A stretch of DNA of 62,885 nucleotides, counting the filler, from Circinaria calcarea (Eukaryota): assembly GCA_051942165.1 (NCBI GenBank). It is 52 parts of 52 records of this genome, joined end to end, with 100 filler letters (N's around TTAATTAATTAA, not from the genome) between each part and the next. Parts side by side here need not be neighbours in the genome. Positions count along the whole stretch, not along the records: positions 48,555 to 49,660 come from JAVECS010005316.1; positions 49,761 to 50,866 come from JAVECS010005317.1; positions 50,967 to 52,071 come from JAVECS010005318.1; positions 52,172 to 53,275 come from JAVECS010005319.1; positions 53,376 to 54,478 come from JAVECS010005320.1; positions 54,579 to 55,681 come from JAVECS010005321.1; positions 55,782 to 56,882 come from JAVECS010005322.1; positions 56,983 to 58,083 come from JAVECS010005323.1; 44 more parts are not named here. One strand, given 5' to 3'. The position numbers were made by a program, and so were the translations under genes. The notes beneath the pieces are model-generated. The model saw nothing but the letters and a program-made list of their open reading frames with translations, searched no databases and was not told the DNA's origin. The stretch's first letter is position 1, and each line of letters opens with the position of its first letter. This document shows, in pieces, positions 48,556 through 60,585 of this stretch.

Positions 48556-48894
48556 AACTCCAGTACGCAAGACTGGGCCAGCGTCACCGGAACAGCGGCC
48601 ACGATCTCGAACAGCGACCCACGGATCAAGGAAGTGTACAGTTCGGGCACGAGTGCTTGGTTTGGGGATCTAGGAGATGGTGTTCACACGGGCACGCCGG
48701 GGGACCCCAGAATGACGCTGATTGAGGTCAAGAGCAAGTACATCTCGTACTGGAAGAGCACCGTCACCTCCGTCGGATTCGTCAAGGAGGTTGCTCTTGG
48801 CGCAATGACCGGCAAAGTTGCAAACACGGGAGTGCAAAGACAGCTTCTCGAGGAGGACATTGAGAAGATGAGGGAAACTCAAGGAGGCAGCTAA
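48556..48894 (+). CDS. bli-3: BLI-3-like (FMN-binding split barrel / general stress) protein, C-terminal part
   Basis: DWASVTG, SNSDPRIKEVYS, AWFGDLGDGVHTGTPGDPRMTLIEV, EVALGAMTGKVA. Confidence 0.85.
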   Translation, partial: NSSTQDWASVTGTAATISNSDPRIKEVYSSGTSAWFGDLGDGVHTGTPGDPRMTLIEVKSKYISYWKSTVTSVGFVKEVALGAMTGKVANTGVQRQLLEEDIEKMRETQGGS

Positions 48895-49594
48895 GATCGC
48901 TGGCGCCCAAGGAACGGACCGCGAAGTTAGATATTGGGGTTACGGGACGTTGGACGAGCAGATATCACGACTGGATGAAGACGAACGACTAGCTTCGGAA
49001 ATCAACCATTTAATGAGAATCTTGTCTTGAATGCCAGTGTCGTGATGATATTTTCTGTCGGATATATTCTTGGTGAACGTAGATGAGTAGACCTTTGGCA
49101 TAGCGCTTGACCAAAAACATTGCAACCCCGGCCGAAACTACTCACTAAATATTAACCTCTAGGTTTGTGGGACCCCTCCAGAGTTTCGTGGTCTCCTACC
49201 CGAATTCTAAGCTGGAAGAGTCAGTAACTGGCATCTCAGGGTTGCAATGTATTTTGTCAAGCGCGTGCTCGGGTGGCATCGTCTCATCCCATTTTGACCC
49301 GCAAAAGCGGAAAGATTATCTAATGCCCCGACGCGCAGAAACTTCGAGACCGACCCAGCGAAAGCATCCCAGTGTAGATCGAAAGCATGACGAAAAAACT
49401 CGGCAGATGAATTTTTTGATTGATTGATGATAAATCAATAGTGTCCCAACTGACTTAGGGCAATCTAAGAAAAGCGAATATAAACAACCGTACATACTTT
49501 GCTCCCCGTTGATTGCCTTCGGTAGAATAAACCCCAAAGAGGGTGGTCAGGTCAAATCTGGGCGTTTTCCGACAAAACTCTACCATAAGCAGAA

Positions 49595-49642
49595 ATGACC
49601 AACTTCGAAATCTCCATCGTCTCCGACACCGTCTGCCCATGG
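49595..49642 (+). CDS. First exon of DSBA/FrnE-like thioredoxin-fold protein
   Basis: MTNFEISIVSDTVCPW followed by GTAAGG donor. Confidence 0.8.
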
Positions 49643-49761
49643 GTAAGGAAGGAATACTCCNNNNNNNNNNNNNNNNNNNNNNNNNNNNNNNNNNNNNNNN
49701 NNNNTTAATTAATTAANNNNNNNNNNNNNNNNNNNNNNNNNNNNNNNNNNNNNNNNNNNNC

Positions 49762-50645
49762 GATAAACATTTCAATTCGCGACAATTAATACGTTTATTC
49801 CTTAAACCCAAGGCGCACATCGGGACACGGCAAGGGAGGTCCACTGCTCAGAATGGACCAAAGAAAGAGGTTGAAGCGCTTCCGGAGGGGGACATGGACG
49901 AAGCATACTGGGCCCGTCAAGACCTCCGCACCGCACATGAAGAAACCAAAGATACCGAACCCCGCGGTGATTACGACGCCAACTTCTTCCAAGATGACGG
50001 ACTAGCGTTCCCGGGCGGTGGGCCACCAGATGACGACGATGACGATTTCGCAGACGCACGGGAAGCCTTCTCACCCAGTGTCGAGCGCGCAGCGGAGACT
50101 GCAGGGGCAATACAAGGACTCGACCAAGCTCTTCTAATACCACCCAGTTCTCAAGATGGTCCCTTTGGATCCCAGCTCGTCACGCAGTCTCGGCGGTTAC
50201 GGCCGGAATATGTGCAGTACGCGCGAGTGGCGAAGAAGGTGGATGTTAGGCGGTTGAAAGAGGAGATGTGGAGGGGTTTGGGCTTCGAAAAGGTATGTTC
50301 CCTCCCTTCCTCCCTCCTCCCTAATTCTGCACTTCTCCATACTCTCCTTACTAACTCCGCCCATTGTCCCTTACAAAGGCCCCTCCCATATCCTCCCTCT
50401 CCACCCCGCCACCCGAACCCGAACCCCAATCCGAACCAGAACCCGAACCCCTCAAATTCACAACCCTCATCTCCAACCTCCAAGCCGTTTACCCCCGTCA
50501 AACCATGAACGACATCTCCACCTCGTATTGTTTCATCTGCCTGCTGCACTTGGCGAACGAGAAGGGCCTCAAGATTGAGGACGAGGAGCGCCTGGAGGAA
50601 TTGCGGATTCGAAGGGATGAGGGGGCGGAGATTACGGATGGGTGA
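49762..50645 (+). CDS. BRN1: Condensin kleisin subunit (Barren/Cnd2/CAP-H), C-terminal part; intron 50293-50378
   Basis: DKHFNSRQLIRLFLKP, YVQYARVAKKVDVRRLKEEMW, DISTSYCFICLLHLANEKGL. Confidence 0.95.
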
Positions 50646-50977
50646 TGTTTTTTTCTTTTTTTTTGGAAAAAAGGGGGAGGGGAAGGCGCGGTGTGTAAGA
50701 ACAAGGGTTATATAAGGGGGGGAAGGATTTTTTGGATTGTCCACCAGGAAAGTTTGGAGCGGAGAAAGAGAGGCCCAAATGGCCTTGCTTACGAGAGTTT
50801 CTTCATATCTGTTCTATTCTATTCTATCATCACTCCAGTTGTCTTTTTTTCTTTAAATTTTCCACANNNNNNNNNNNNNNNNNNNNNNNNNNNNNNNNNN
50901 NNNNNNNNNNTTAATTAATTAANNNNNNNNNNNNNNNNNNNNNNNNNNNNNNNNNNNNNNNNNNNNGGAAATGTTCT

Positions 50978-52071
50978 TCACTGTGACCGAGGTGGAGTGA
51001 GGAGACGTAGAAGCTCTTGACTGTGTTTGTCGCTGATCCGCTCCTGAGTTTTGCAGACTTGAAATTTGGAGATGCGAGCTTTCCGTACACCCTGTAGCGG
51101 CGCCAACCTGGATGGGTCAGAGTGACGAAGTTGAGGTCCCTTAGTCCTTTTGGCTTCCTTAGCACCGGCAGGTGTTGCTTGGGGAGCCGTCCCGTTGATA
51201 TGGCGTAGCGAACCAGAGATGATTGGTGATGATGGCTTCTGTTTGCTTAATCTGGTCGTACTGTCCTTTGTAACTCGTCGCTGTCTCTTCTTGGGGGAGT
51301 TCTTTTCGCTTCGCTTCACAATACCTTGCGGCTTTTTGCCTGGACTTCTGGATGGTTTAGGTGCCTCTTTCTTAGACCGAAGCCTACCCGACCAAATTGG
51401 CTTTAGAGTTGCCGCTTCTATTTCTGTGCTAGCCTCTCGAGATCGCAGCTGCGACATCTCAGGTGGCTCACCATGGATGCACAACTGATTTCCTGATTTG
51501 GAGATAGGACTTAGCCTAGGTATGACTGAACAAGCTTTCTCATCAGCCATGTCCGCGCCCGTCGCACTCGATTGGTCTGTTATAGATGTCGTACTCTCTT
51601 GAAGCGATATGGAATCGACGCTTTCGCTATCTGTAGAATCAGAGTGTGATGGTCGGCCTATCTAGCTTACGTTTCCTTCGCCATTAGGGAGCAAGCTCTC
51701 TTTTAATTAGCATCTGAATTGGGTTGTGATGCAGTTCGGGAAACTTCCGTCCAGGACTTGTCGTACTTTGACTTCCTCTAGCGAGTAATTCTTAATATCA
51801 TTCCGATAATTTCCCACGCCAAAATTCGTATTGGGAAACCGAGTCCCTCCGGCGCCAAGGTTTCCCACCGCCAGATTTTGATATTGGAAAAGTGAATCGG
51901 CCTGGGAAACCTTAAAGGCCAACGTCGAGCAACCTTCGCCTTTGCGCTTCTGCTTTTACTCCAAATACAACCTACTAATCATTCCAATCACGGGCAGTAT
52001 TGACAATTTCGCGGGGGAGTTACAGGCTTTCAGGAAGCAGGGGAGTGGGGAGTGGGGAGTGGGGAAAGTGG
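50978..52071 (-). CDS. 3' part of a basic low-complexity hypothetical protein (possibly degenerate); its end is repeated at 32855-32995
   Basis: 190-aa ORF ending LLTPPRSQ*, an upstream open frame, a candidate intron (GTACGA..GCTAAT..AAG) and an in-frame TAG near 51664. Confidence 0.45.
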
Positions 52072-52699
52072 NNNNNNNNNNNNNNNNNNNNNNNNNNNNN
52101 NNNNNNNNNNNNNNNTTAATTAATTAANNNNNNNNNNNNNNNNNNNNNNNNNNNNNNNNNNNNNNNNNNNNCCAACGGAACGAAGTTCGGACAATAGAAC
52201 GCCCGGTACATCGACCAATTCAGGGTCCCATGATACTCAACCTTACAAGCCTGAACTGGGAGAGCATCCCGAAAGCAGTGCTGAAGCATTCACTTTCTGG
52301 TCTAGGTGGTTTAAACATACTCGGTCAAATCGAAGGAGAAACGGATCCGATAAGGTTTGATATACTCTGAGGATGAAGGGTGCTTATGATACTCGAGGTC
52401 AAAATGAATTCCCTAATAAGTTTGGGTTCCACGGGTCTTTTGGCTTAGATTTCGGTAGGAACTAGCGGAGCGGTCCTATGCTCCTAATCTTGTAAATTAT
52501 TTAATCATATCTTTTACATAGCTAATTCAACTTTCAAAAGTTGTTCTTCCCCACAACGATGTGCACGCAATAGCCGGAGAGCGAGCCGTTTTCGGACAGT
52601 ACGCGTTTGCCAAAGTTTCGCACTATCCGCTACTTTTGCGCAGGGGTGGAGCGGGCACTAAGCTAAGCTATTAAAAGCTTAAATATAAGTTTGACCTTA

Positions 52700-53178
52700 C
52701 AGTGGGTGACAAAATGATGGGCGCTTTTTCAGCCGGTTTTTTTTTGCGATCTCTGCAAGGATTAGGGATAGGCACTAGCTAGGATCGCCGTACCATAGTA
52801 ATTTACTAGTAAGCACTATCTTTATTTACGCGAGTAAATCTAAGCGAAAAGTGTAGTCACGTGAGAAACTTTAAAAGTAACTGCCACCTACTATTTCGCA
52901 GCGATATAGCTTTATGCGCCACCAACACATTTTTAATATTAAAAATGTTTTTGGCAGAGCTGAATGCGATGATAAAATCGCTATTTTAACTTTAAAATTT
53001 AGAGCAATTTTAATAAAGTAATAAAATTGGAGAATATGTAAATAAAGATAGTGTTTATTAATAAATTACTATAGTACGGCTATCCTAGCTAGTGCCTCTC
53101 CCGGATCCTTGCGGAGATCGTAAAAAAAATATAAAAAAAATCCCCCTGAAAAAGCGCCTATCATTTTGTCACACACTG
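52700..53178. mobile_element. Non-autonomous Tc1/mariner element (479 bp) with ~130-bp TIRs and TA target duplication
   Basis: TA-CAGTGGGTGACAAAATGATGGGCGCTTTTTCAG... mirrored by ...CTGAAAAAGCGCCTATCATTTTGTCACACACTG-TA; arms pair through CACTATCTTTATTTAC. Confidence 0.9.
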
Positions 53179-53375
53179 TAGTGGGTGCGCCCGACCTCAG
53201 TAAATACAGAAAAAAGAAGCATCACAGGGAGAATACTACGTCGTTAATATGGTATGCACGGCTGAGCCGGAATATNNNNNNNNNNNNNNNNNNNNNNNNN
53301 NNNNNNNNNNNNNNNNNNNTTAATTAATTAANNNNNNNNNNNNNNNNNNNNNNNNNNNNNNNNNNNNNNNNNNNN

Positions 53376-53682
53376 TCTGGGGATGAGTAATTCCTGGACG
53401 CAGATTGATTGGGACCATTTACGCTTCCCGGCGAGCATGAGGGTGGATTATGTCCGGTGGTATCAACGAAAGGGCGAGGGGAGCGTGACATGCGATCCGC
53501 CGGGGTGGGAGACGACGGGGTATATCGAGAGGCATCCGAAGGCTTATCAAAATATGAATCTGACGGTATGTAACTAATGGTTTTGAAAGATGATTGGGAC
53601 TTTTGGGCTAATGTCTTGATGCTAGACTTGGGACGAGACGGGCTATGGCTGGCCGAAGCATCGGTTGAATAGTCAATGTTAA
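53376..53682 (+). CDS. KRE6: KRE6/SKN1 (GH16) beta-glucan synthesis-associated protein, C-terminus; intron 53566-53625
   Basis: LGMSNSW..ID...L.FPASMRVDYVRWYQ, VTCDPPGWETTGYI..H..AY.N.NLT/TWDETGYGWPKHRL..QC*. Confidence 0.9.
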
Positions 53683-55371
53683 GGGTTCATCTCGACGAGT
53701 ACACATGCGTTCTCTCATCATCTCTCTCGGTGAACTACACGCATCGACCATCACACACACTCCTCTAACTCCGTCCACCACCTGTACCAAATCTGGATAT
53801 ACCTGTACAGAGACCGAGTGTATCTGTTCAGATCAGACGCGATGAAGCCATTGCAAGCAATATACGGGGAGGCTCCTGGCCAATTGACTGATGCACAAAG
53901 CCATGAAGAAAGTCCACCATACGACCCTGTTCGACTGTTTACGAGAACACATCGAAGAAGGCTCTCACCTGTATCATCTTCGTACAGCCCTTCACCGCCA
54001 ACTCCCCCTTTCACGAGGACGCGGCCGACCGCCCAAGTGACGAGCTGAGTAAATAAACACTAAACCAGTCGCCTACTCGTCCACGCCGAAAGAAAGGCAG
54101 GGAGACACCGGTACAGGGCTCTCCCTTCACCCCAATAACGTACACGCCAAAGACAGCATCGGGAGACAAGGATAAAACATTTAAAACATTGGATGGTTTA
54201 ACAATAGTATTTCGTTCGAGCTTCCAGGCCTCACAAACCCACAGGAGGCGAAAATAAAGTGGTAGTTCGCTATGGCCGACTTACACATGCTGCCAAGAAG
54301 AAGAAAACGACATGCACGCGGACAGCTATGGTATCTAGAAAGCTTTTCATCGCAAATCACCTTGATCAAAAATCACCCAACTGCTTTTTGCTATCGGTGT
54401 ATGTATATATATTTTGCTCCTGACCCGAGCGCCCTTGGTTATTCGTTTCAAAAATGGCGGGTTAGAAGTATGTGTGGGNNNNNNNNNNNNNNNNNNNNNN
54501 NNNNNNNNNNNNNNNNNNNNNNTTAATTAATTAANNNNNNNNNNNNNNNNNNNNNNNNNNNNNNNNNNNNNNNNNNNNGCCCAATATTGCTAACTAACTC
54601 GCTAACCCTCCATCCAAAACCCCAACTGCTAACTCCCAACTATTACTACGACGACGACGATAGCATACCTGCCCCTTAACCTCCCCGGAAGAAAAAGAAG
54701 ACTTTGGATTTTTCACGGCTCGCGATCCACGGTAAAAAAAAAAGTGAGGTGAAATGAAGTAAATGCAACAAAACACTTTCACTTTCGCTTTCACTTTCAC
54801 TCTCACTTTCACTCCCCACGAGTTTCCCTCGAAACGCAAGGGCAGGGTCAAGGGGGGGGGGGAAGCCCTTTATCTAGCCTGTCCAAGTTAAGTATCGGAT
54901 CAAGCAACGAACGAACCAGCCAAGCAACGAACGAACCAACGACTAGAGGAGAGGAGAGAAATAGAAAAAGAAAAAGAAAGTCAAGGGGAGAAAAATGGGA
55001 AAAAAGGGAAAAAGGAAAGCAGGATAAGTTAGGTGAGGTTAGGATCCCGAGTACGATGCGATAACGACCGATGGCTGTTTTTCTTTCTATCCCCTTTTTC
55101 TCTATTCTATACTATACTATACTCTAGTCTTTGTTTTGTCTTCTTGTATGTATTTCGTATTTCAACGCGGTACCAAGGAATAGAATGAGAATGAGAATTT
55201 CCCAAGTCAATGGCGAAACAGAACCCAACGAAACGGTAAATACCTCCAGAATAAAAAAAAGAATACATTCGTTTTCCTCTTCCTCTTCCTCCTCTGCTCT
55301 ACCCTTTATCCTCGATCCTTTATTAACAAGAAAAGAAACCTCTAGTTTACCGTCTTCCCCAACAACTTTTT

Positions 55372-55681
55372 CTAAATAAACCGGCACCTTTTGGCCACAC
55401 AAAAGCTACACACCACAATCGCCACAATCACCCCGACGATTCCGAAAAACCACTCGAGCCCATCACTGTGCCGGCCGGGAACAGGCACATTCATGCCAAA
55501 CAGGCCGCAAATCAGATTCAACGGCACCAACACCGTTGCGATCAGCGTGATCTTGCTGAGCACCTCGTTCGCCCGGTTGCCCTGCGCAATGTTATCCACG
55601 CTCAACTGCGCCAGGTAGTTGCTGTGGCTGCGACTGAGCATCTTCTCGAAATGGCCGAGGTTGCTCATCATGGTGACGACG
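55372..55681 (-). CDS. ALR1: CorA-family Mg2+ transporter (Alr1-type), C-terminus
   Basis: HFEKMLSRSHSNYLAQL, VLVPLNLICGLFGMNVPVPG (GMN motif), WFFGIVG. Confidence 0.85.
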
Positions 55682-56164
55682 NNNNNNNNNNNNNNNNNNN
55701 NNNNNNNNNNNNNNNNNNNNNNNNNTTAATTAATTAANNNNNNNNNNNNNNNNNNNNNNNNNNNNNNNNNNNNNNNNNNNNATCGAGAGTCCTGCAAAGC
55801 CTGCAAATACGCTCAAGACTTCATGGCGACAGCTGCTGCATCGAGCTATCGATGAAATAGTCTTGTAGATTGCCATCCTGTCATGTATATCAATGGCTGC
55901 AGGTGGGTATAGTTTATATAGAATTTAAAAGAGCTCAGCATGAGACTCTAATTCGGCCTATACAATGGACAAGCAGTTGTCTTTGTGCCGCCAAATAATG
56001 ATCAAGCTCAGCGCGTCTCTGGGACAAAAGGGATTCGAGGCCAAAATACGTAGGGCCTGGACATGGTTTATATAGGGCTGAAAATATAGCATCTAATTCA
56101 GTGCATTGAGACCAACCTCTGCCGCAATTCTTCACACTCCAAACCTCCAACCCTTCCGTACGAA

Positions 56165-56882
56165 ATGAGCCACAAGCGCAACCAATTCCTCGACACGAGC
56201 CTTAGTGACGAAGAAGACGGTTCTCTCCACGACTCGGATGATGCAGAAGATGCTCGAGGAAGCAGAGTATCCGGCCTAACGGCCCGCAGCTCCAAACGGC
56301 AGAAGCTCTCCGTCCCAGACGACGACGACAGCAGCGGAGACGAAGTCTCAAAGGGTTCGGAAGAACCCGAAGACGACAGCAACAACGCCACCACAGCCCT
56401 CCAAAGTCCCAACGTAGACACACTCAAAGACCATCATCCCTTAGAGCAGAACCGCCGAGACTCCACCGCCAAACCGTCCCCAGCAAAAAGTCAACGCTCC
56501 CACCTCCCCACCCCCGCCCAACTCGCCAGCACCCAACGCCTCGCCGCCAAAACCGGCGTCCTCTACCTCTCCCGGATCCCCCCCTTCATGCGGCCCTCCA
56601 CAGTCCGCCACCTGCTCTCCCCGTACGGCACCATCACGAGGCTCTTCCTGACGCCCGAAGCGCCTTCCACGCACAGCGCGCGCCTCCGCGCCGGCGGCAA
56701 CAAAAAGCGCTCCTTCACCGACGGCTGGGTCGAATTCGCCTCCAAACGGGACGCCAAAATCTGCGCCGAAACCATCAACGGCCGCATCATCGGCGGCAAG
56801 AAGGGCGGCTGGTACCATGACGACTTGTGGAATGTCAAGTATTTGAGGGGGTTCAAGTGGGGGGATCTGATGGAGGGGGTGA
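56165..56882 (+). CDS. ESF2: Pre-rRNA processing protein Esf2/ABT1, N-terminal two thirds
   Basis: KTGVLYLSRIPPFMRP, FTDGWVEF, IGGKKGGWYHDDLWNVKYLRGFKWGDL. Confidence 0.95.
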
Positions 56883-57681
56883 NNNNNNNNNNNNNNNNNN
56901 NNNNNNNNNNNNNNNNNNNNNNNNNNTTAATTAATTAANNNNNNNNNNNNNNNNNNNNNNNNNNNNNNNNNNNNNNNNNNNNAGAATGTATGGTGGCATT
57001 TCTACCTGAGTATGTAACTAAGTAACTACCTATGCTACGAAAAAGTGCTTTTATGGTGTGTGGAAGTGTTAAGCATGGACCTCCTAAGCAACACATGCTC
57101 GGTAAGCCCTATGACTTCCAACAATAGCATGGAGCATAGTATGGAGCATAGCATGGAATATAGTATGTAAAGAGCACGTAGTATAGCATAGCACGCAGCA
57201 TAGCATAATATAATAGGAAGCATAAAATAGCATAAGCTCAGCATAAAAGCTAATACGCTACGCCGAATATAGTAAATTTCTTTCCTATTCGAGCGAAAAA
57301 CTAGGCTTAATCGAGCAAAAAACTAGGCCCAATCAAGCGATAAGCTAAACCTAATAAGGTAATTTTTACGGCCAGAGTGAGAACACCGCAAAATTTTGGT
57401 TCGGTTCGGAAAATCTTGCGCCGAAGTTAAACCCTTCTACTTCGTTTCACTTCGTTTCAGGGCATTTCCCCCACCCCCCTCTTTTCGGGGATACTGTGTG
57501 AGTTCTGGATTTTATTTCTTGTTCTTATCTCTGGGTCCGGTGCTCGTAGTTTTTTACTGCACACCCCCCGCTTCAACCCCGCCCGGATTGAAAGGAAGGC
57601 ATTTTATGAGTTGAGGTTTGAGTGGTTAGGGGGTTAGGATTGAGGGGGGGGGGTGAGCCGAGACATCAGGATTTAGAATGG

Positions 57682-57736
57682 GGATTCAGGATTCAGGATT
57701 CAGGATCCAGGATTCAGGATTTAGGATCTAGGATTG
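57682..57736 (+). repeat. Heptamer tandem repeat (GGATTCA)n
   Basis: About 7 imperfect units directly visible. Confidence 0.85.
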
Positions 57737-58183
57737 ATTAATCCCTCAAAAGACCCCGATAGGTTGGGGCGAAAGGGAGTTTATTTTTTTGGGTCTCTCG
57801 GGCAAAAGGAGAAAAAAAAGGGAAAAAGGAAAACCCCGCGATTGCTTTTTGGTCGGAGTGCCGCGATAGTTTCGGTACCAGTACCATAATCCCTCACTGC
57901 GACTCTGCGTAAGTTCGTCTGAATTCTGAAATAACGGGAAATCTTACAATTTCCATACATACCCCACCAACCCAGAATTTCCAATCAAAACAGCAATCTG
58001 AAAGAAATACAAAACAATAACAATAACAACAATAATAATACTACCTATACGGCTCACAACGGCCAGATATAAAGCCCCCACACNNNNNNNNNNNNNNNNN
58101 NNNNNNNNNNNNNNNNNNNNNNNNNNNTTAATTAATTAANNNNNNNNNNNNNNNNNNNNNNNNNNNNNNNNNNNNNNNNNNNN

Positions 58184-58914
58184 AGAATCTCGAACTAATA
58201 TATGCGGTAGGAGGGATGAGTCAATCTTCCGGAGATCGCGCGGTAGGAGCCCATACTACGAGCGCCGATGAGCAAGTCTCTAGCTCACAAGATTCAGATC
58301 TGACCAACCTTGGCGATCAGCTCCGCTTTTTTGAACTCCCCATTGACCAGAGTGATCTTTCCATTCTCATCGAACTCCGTACACCGTAGCTTCAACTCAT
58401 TCGAGACCTTCCCCGCGCTCCGACCAAGCGTAGTCTCGCCTGCATCCTCTAGAAAACTTGGTAATGGAGGAAGATCATTCGGTTTCAATGTCGTGCCTGG
58501 TTTCCTGCCTTTCAGTCGCCACAGTCTTGCTAATAATGGTCGAGCATCAGAAGAAGCCCTTCTATATGCTCTTAGCCCATCCTGGGTGGTACGACTGATC
58601 ACGAGACCTGGCCTTGACAGTTCTGCTAAGGTTGGAACGAAGAACGAGTTTCTTTTGGGGCGGCTCTGCAAGAAGTCGAAACTCAACAGCGAGGACTCGA
58701 CAGTCGCCTGGCCTTTTGGACTGGTACTGAAGCGTCTTGGAGGGAGATTGTGATGGCCAGGTCTTTGACGCGAATATTCAACGGGAATATGTAGGCACGG
58801 AATGGATTTGGGGGCATTCGGAGTGAAGAAGCAGATGTTTTCGGTTTGGGACCTTAGGAATCGCAGTAGAGAAGAGGAGGGAGCCGAGAAGTTGGGACCG
58901 TGTAATACACTCAT
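58184..58914 (-). CDS. MRS2: Mitochondrial inner-membrane Mg2+ channel Mrs2, N-terminal part; intron 58256-58308
   Basis: Presequence SAPSSSLLRFLRSQ; KLRCTEFDENG..GEFKKAELIAK/YGLLPRDLRKIDSSLLPHILVR. Confidence 0.93.
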
Positions 58915-59692
58915 ATCCTCTACCCCAATTACTCTCGACTCCAGCCAGGTTGGACCCGAGCTCAACAAATGTCCTCCCTGGTGATTTCCGACTGATAGGG
59001 TAACGTTCAGGGAAAGCGTGGATTGTCTAAAATGTGCTGGTTTTAGCTACAGGCTTATCGTCACGTGACATCCCCCTTCTACTCGGTATGATACGGGTAA
59101 CTTGAAAACTAAGAGATCAGGCCGGTAGTATCTACTGTCTATACGGGCTTCCATTACATGTACACCCCTTTAACCTACACGTACACCCCAAAAATCATAG
59201 TTGTACACCCCCCGGATTAGGTAAAAAAATAAAGTTCTTGCACTCGCGTATATACCCACCAACACTGGTTTTCTACTTTGAAAANNNNNNNNNNNNNNNN
59301 NNNNNNNNNNNNNNNNNNNNNNNNNNNNTTAATTAATTAANNNNNNNNNNNNNNNNNNNNNNNNNNNNNNNNNNNNNNNNNNNNAATTCTATCATGTTCG
59401 CATACAAAATTGTATTGTCACTCGGTATTGAAACACAGACTATTAGGCGAGGTCTACCATGTCTGTCGTGGTCTACCATCGTAGTCGCCAAGGCGCTAAA
59501 AGTCTACCATTAAAGTCGTAACCTCGGTAAAATAAGAAGGGCAGAAATGTGCCCGCGAGAAGCCGCCGCTTTAGCGAGCTAGCCCAGAGTGACTCGACTG
59601 AAAGTTAATCTGCAAAAGCCGAAAATATCAAAAAGAATAAAAGTTAAAGGAGAAGATAGTACACAAAATCTTTGCACAAACAAAATCAAATG

Positions 59693-59764
59693 TGACCTAC
59701 GCAGGGATCGAACCTGCAATCTCTTGATTCGTAGTCAAGCGCCTTGCCATTGGGCCAGTAGGCC
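59693..59764 (-). tRNA. tRNA-Arg (anticodon ACG), 72 nt, intronless
   Basis: GGCCTAC/GTAGGTC acceptor stem, anticodon arm CTTGA-CTACGAA-TCAAG, T arm GCAGG-TTCGATC-CCTGC, T-rich 3' flank. Confidence 0.97.
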
Positions 59765-59954
59765 CTTGATCAAATCAGAAATGCTTATTTAATCTTATAT
59801 TCACAAATTTTACCCTTAATGTCAGCCATGACGACTATTGGGTAGATTTTATTTTCTTGGCATTCTTATCAAACCCTAGAAGCTGAGCCTCTCAATACTT
59901 CGTACGTACAACAGTCTAGGGCACTTCGATTGATTGTAGGCTGTCTACGTGACA

Positions 59955-60485
59955 ATGGAGGAGGAAGTGGAAAATACCGCTGATGAAGTTCAGCCCCGGA
60001 AACAGTCCACTACCGCTTCGAAGCCTCCACACGATCCTGAAGCTGCCGAGAACAAGCGTCGATTGAAGGAGGCTCACCAAGCATATGGACGCGGCCGTAA
60101 GATACCTCTACGGGGCATCAAAGATAGAAAGCTACGCAGCAAATTAAAAAGCTTGGAGGACAAATACCAAGATGCAACGTTAAAGGCAAAGGATGCAGAG
60201 ATCCTGCTCGAGAACGAGTCGGGCTATCTCGAACCTGAGCATGCACTCGAGAAAACTTACAAAGTTCGTCAAGATGAGCTGCGTGAGAATGTTACTGTGG
60301 AGACGGCCAAGAAAGGATTTGAGCTGAAGTTGGATATTCTGGGACCTTACTCGGTCGACTACACGAGGAACGGGAGGGGCTTGCTGCTTGCTGGGAGGAA
60401 GGGCCATGTCTCGACAATGGACTGGCGGGCAGGAAAGTTGGGATGCGAGTTACAACTACAGGAGACGGTTAGGGACGCCAAATGG
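59955..60485 (+). CDS. UTP7: U3 snoRNP/SSU processome protein Utp7 (WDR46), N-terminal part
   Basis: YGRGRKI..IKDRKLR, AKDAEILLE..GYLEPE..LEKTYKVRQ, LGPY..DYTRNGR.LLLAGRKGHV..MDWR.GKLGCELQL.ETVRDAKW. Confidence 0.95.
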
Positions 60486-60585
60486 NNNNNNNNNNNNNNN
60501 NNNNNNNNNNNNNNNNNNNNNNNNNNNNNTTAATTAATTAANNNNNNNNNNNNNNNNNNNNNNNNNNNNNNNNNNNNNNNNNNNN

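Noticed and set aside
55372..58914. Apparent cluster of two CorA-family Mg2+ transporters and ribosome-biogenesis genes (ESF2, UTP7)
   Set aside because: Different contigs placed near each other only by length sorting
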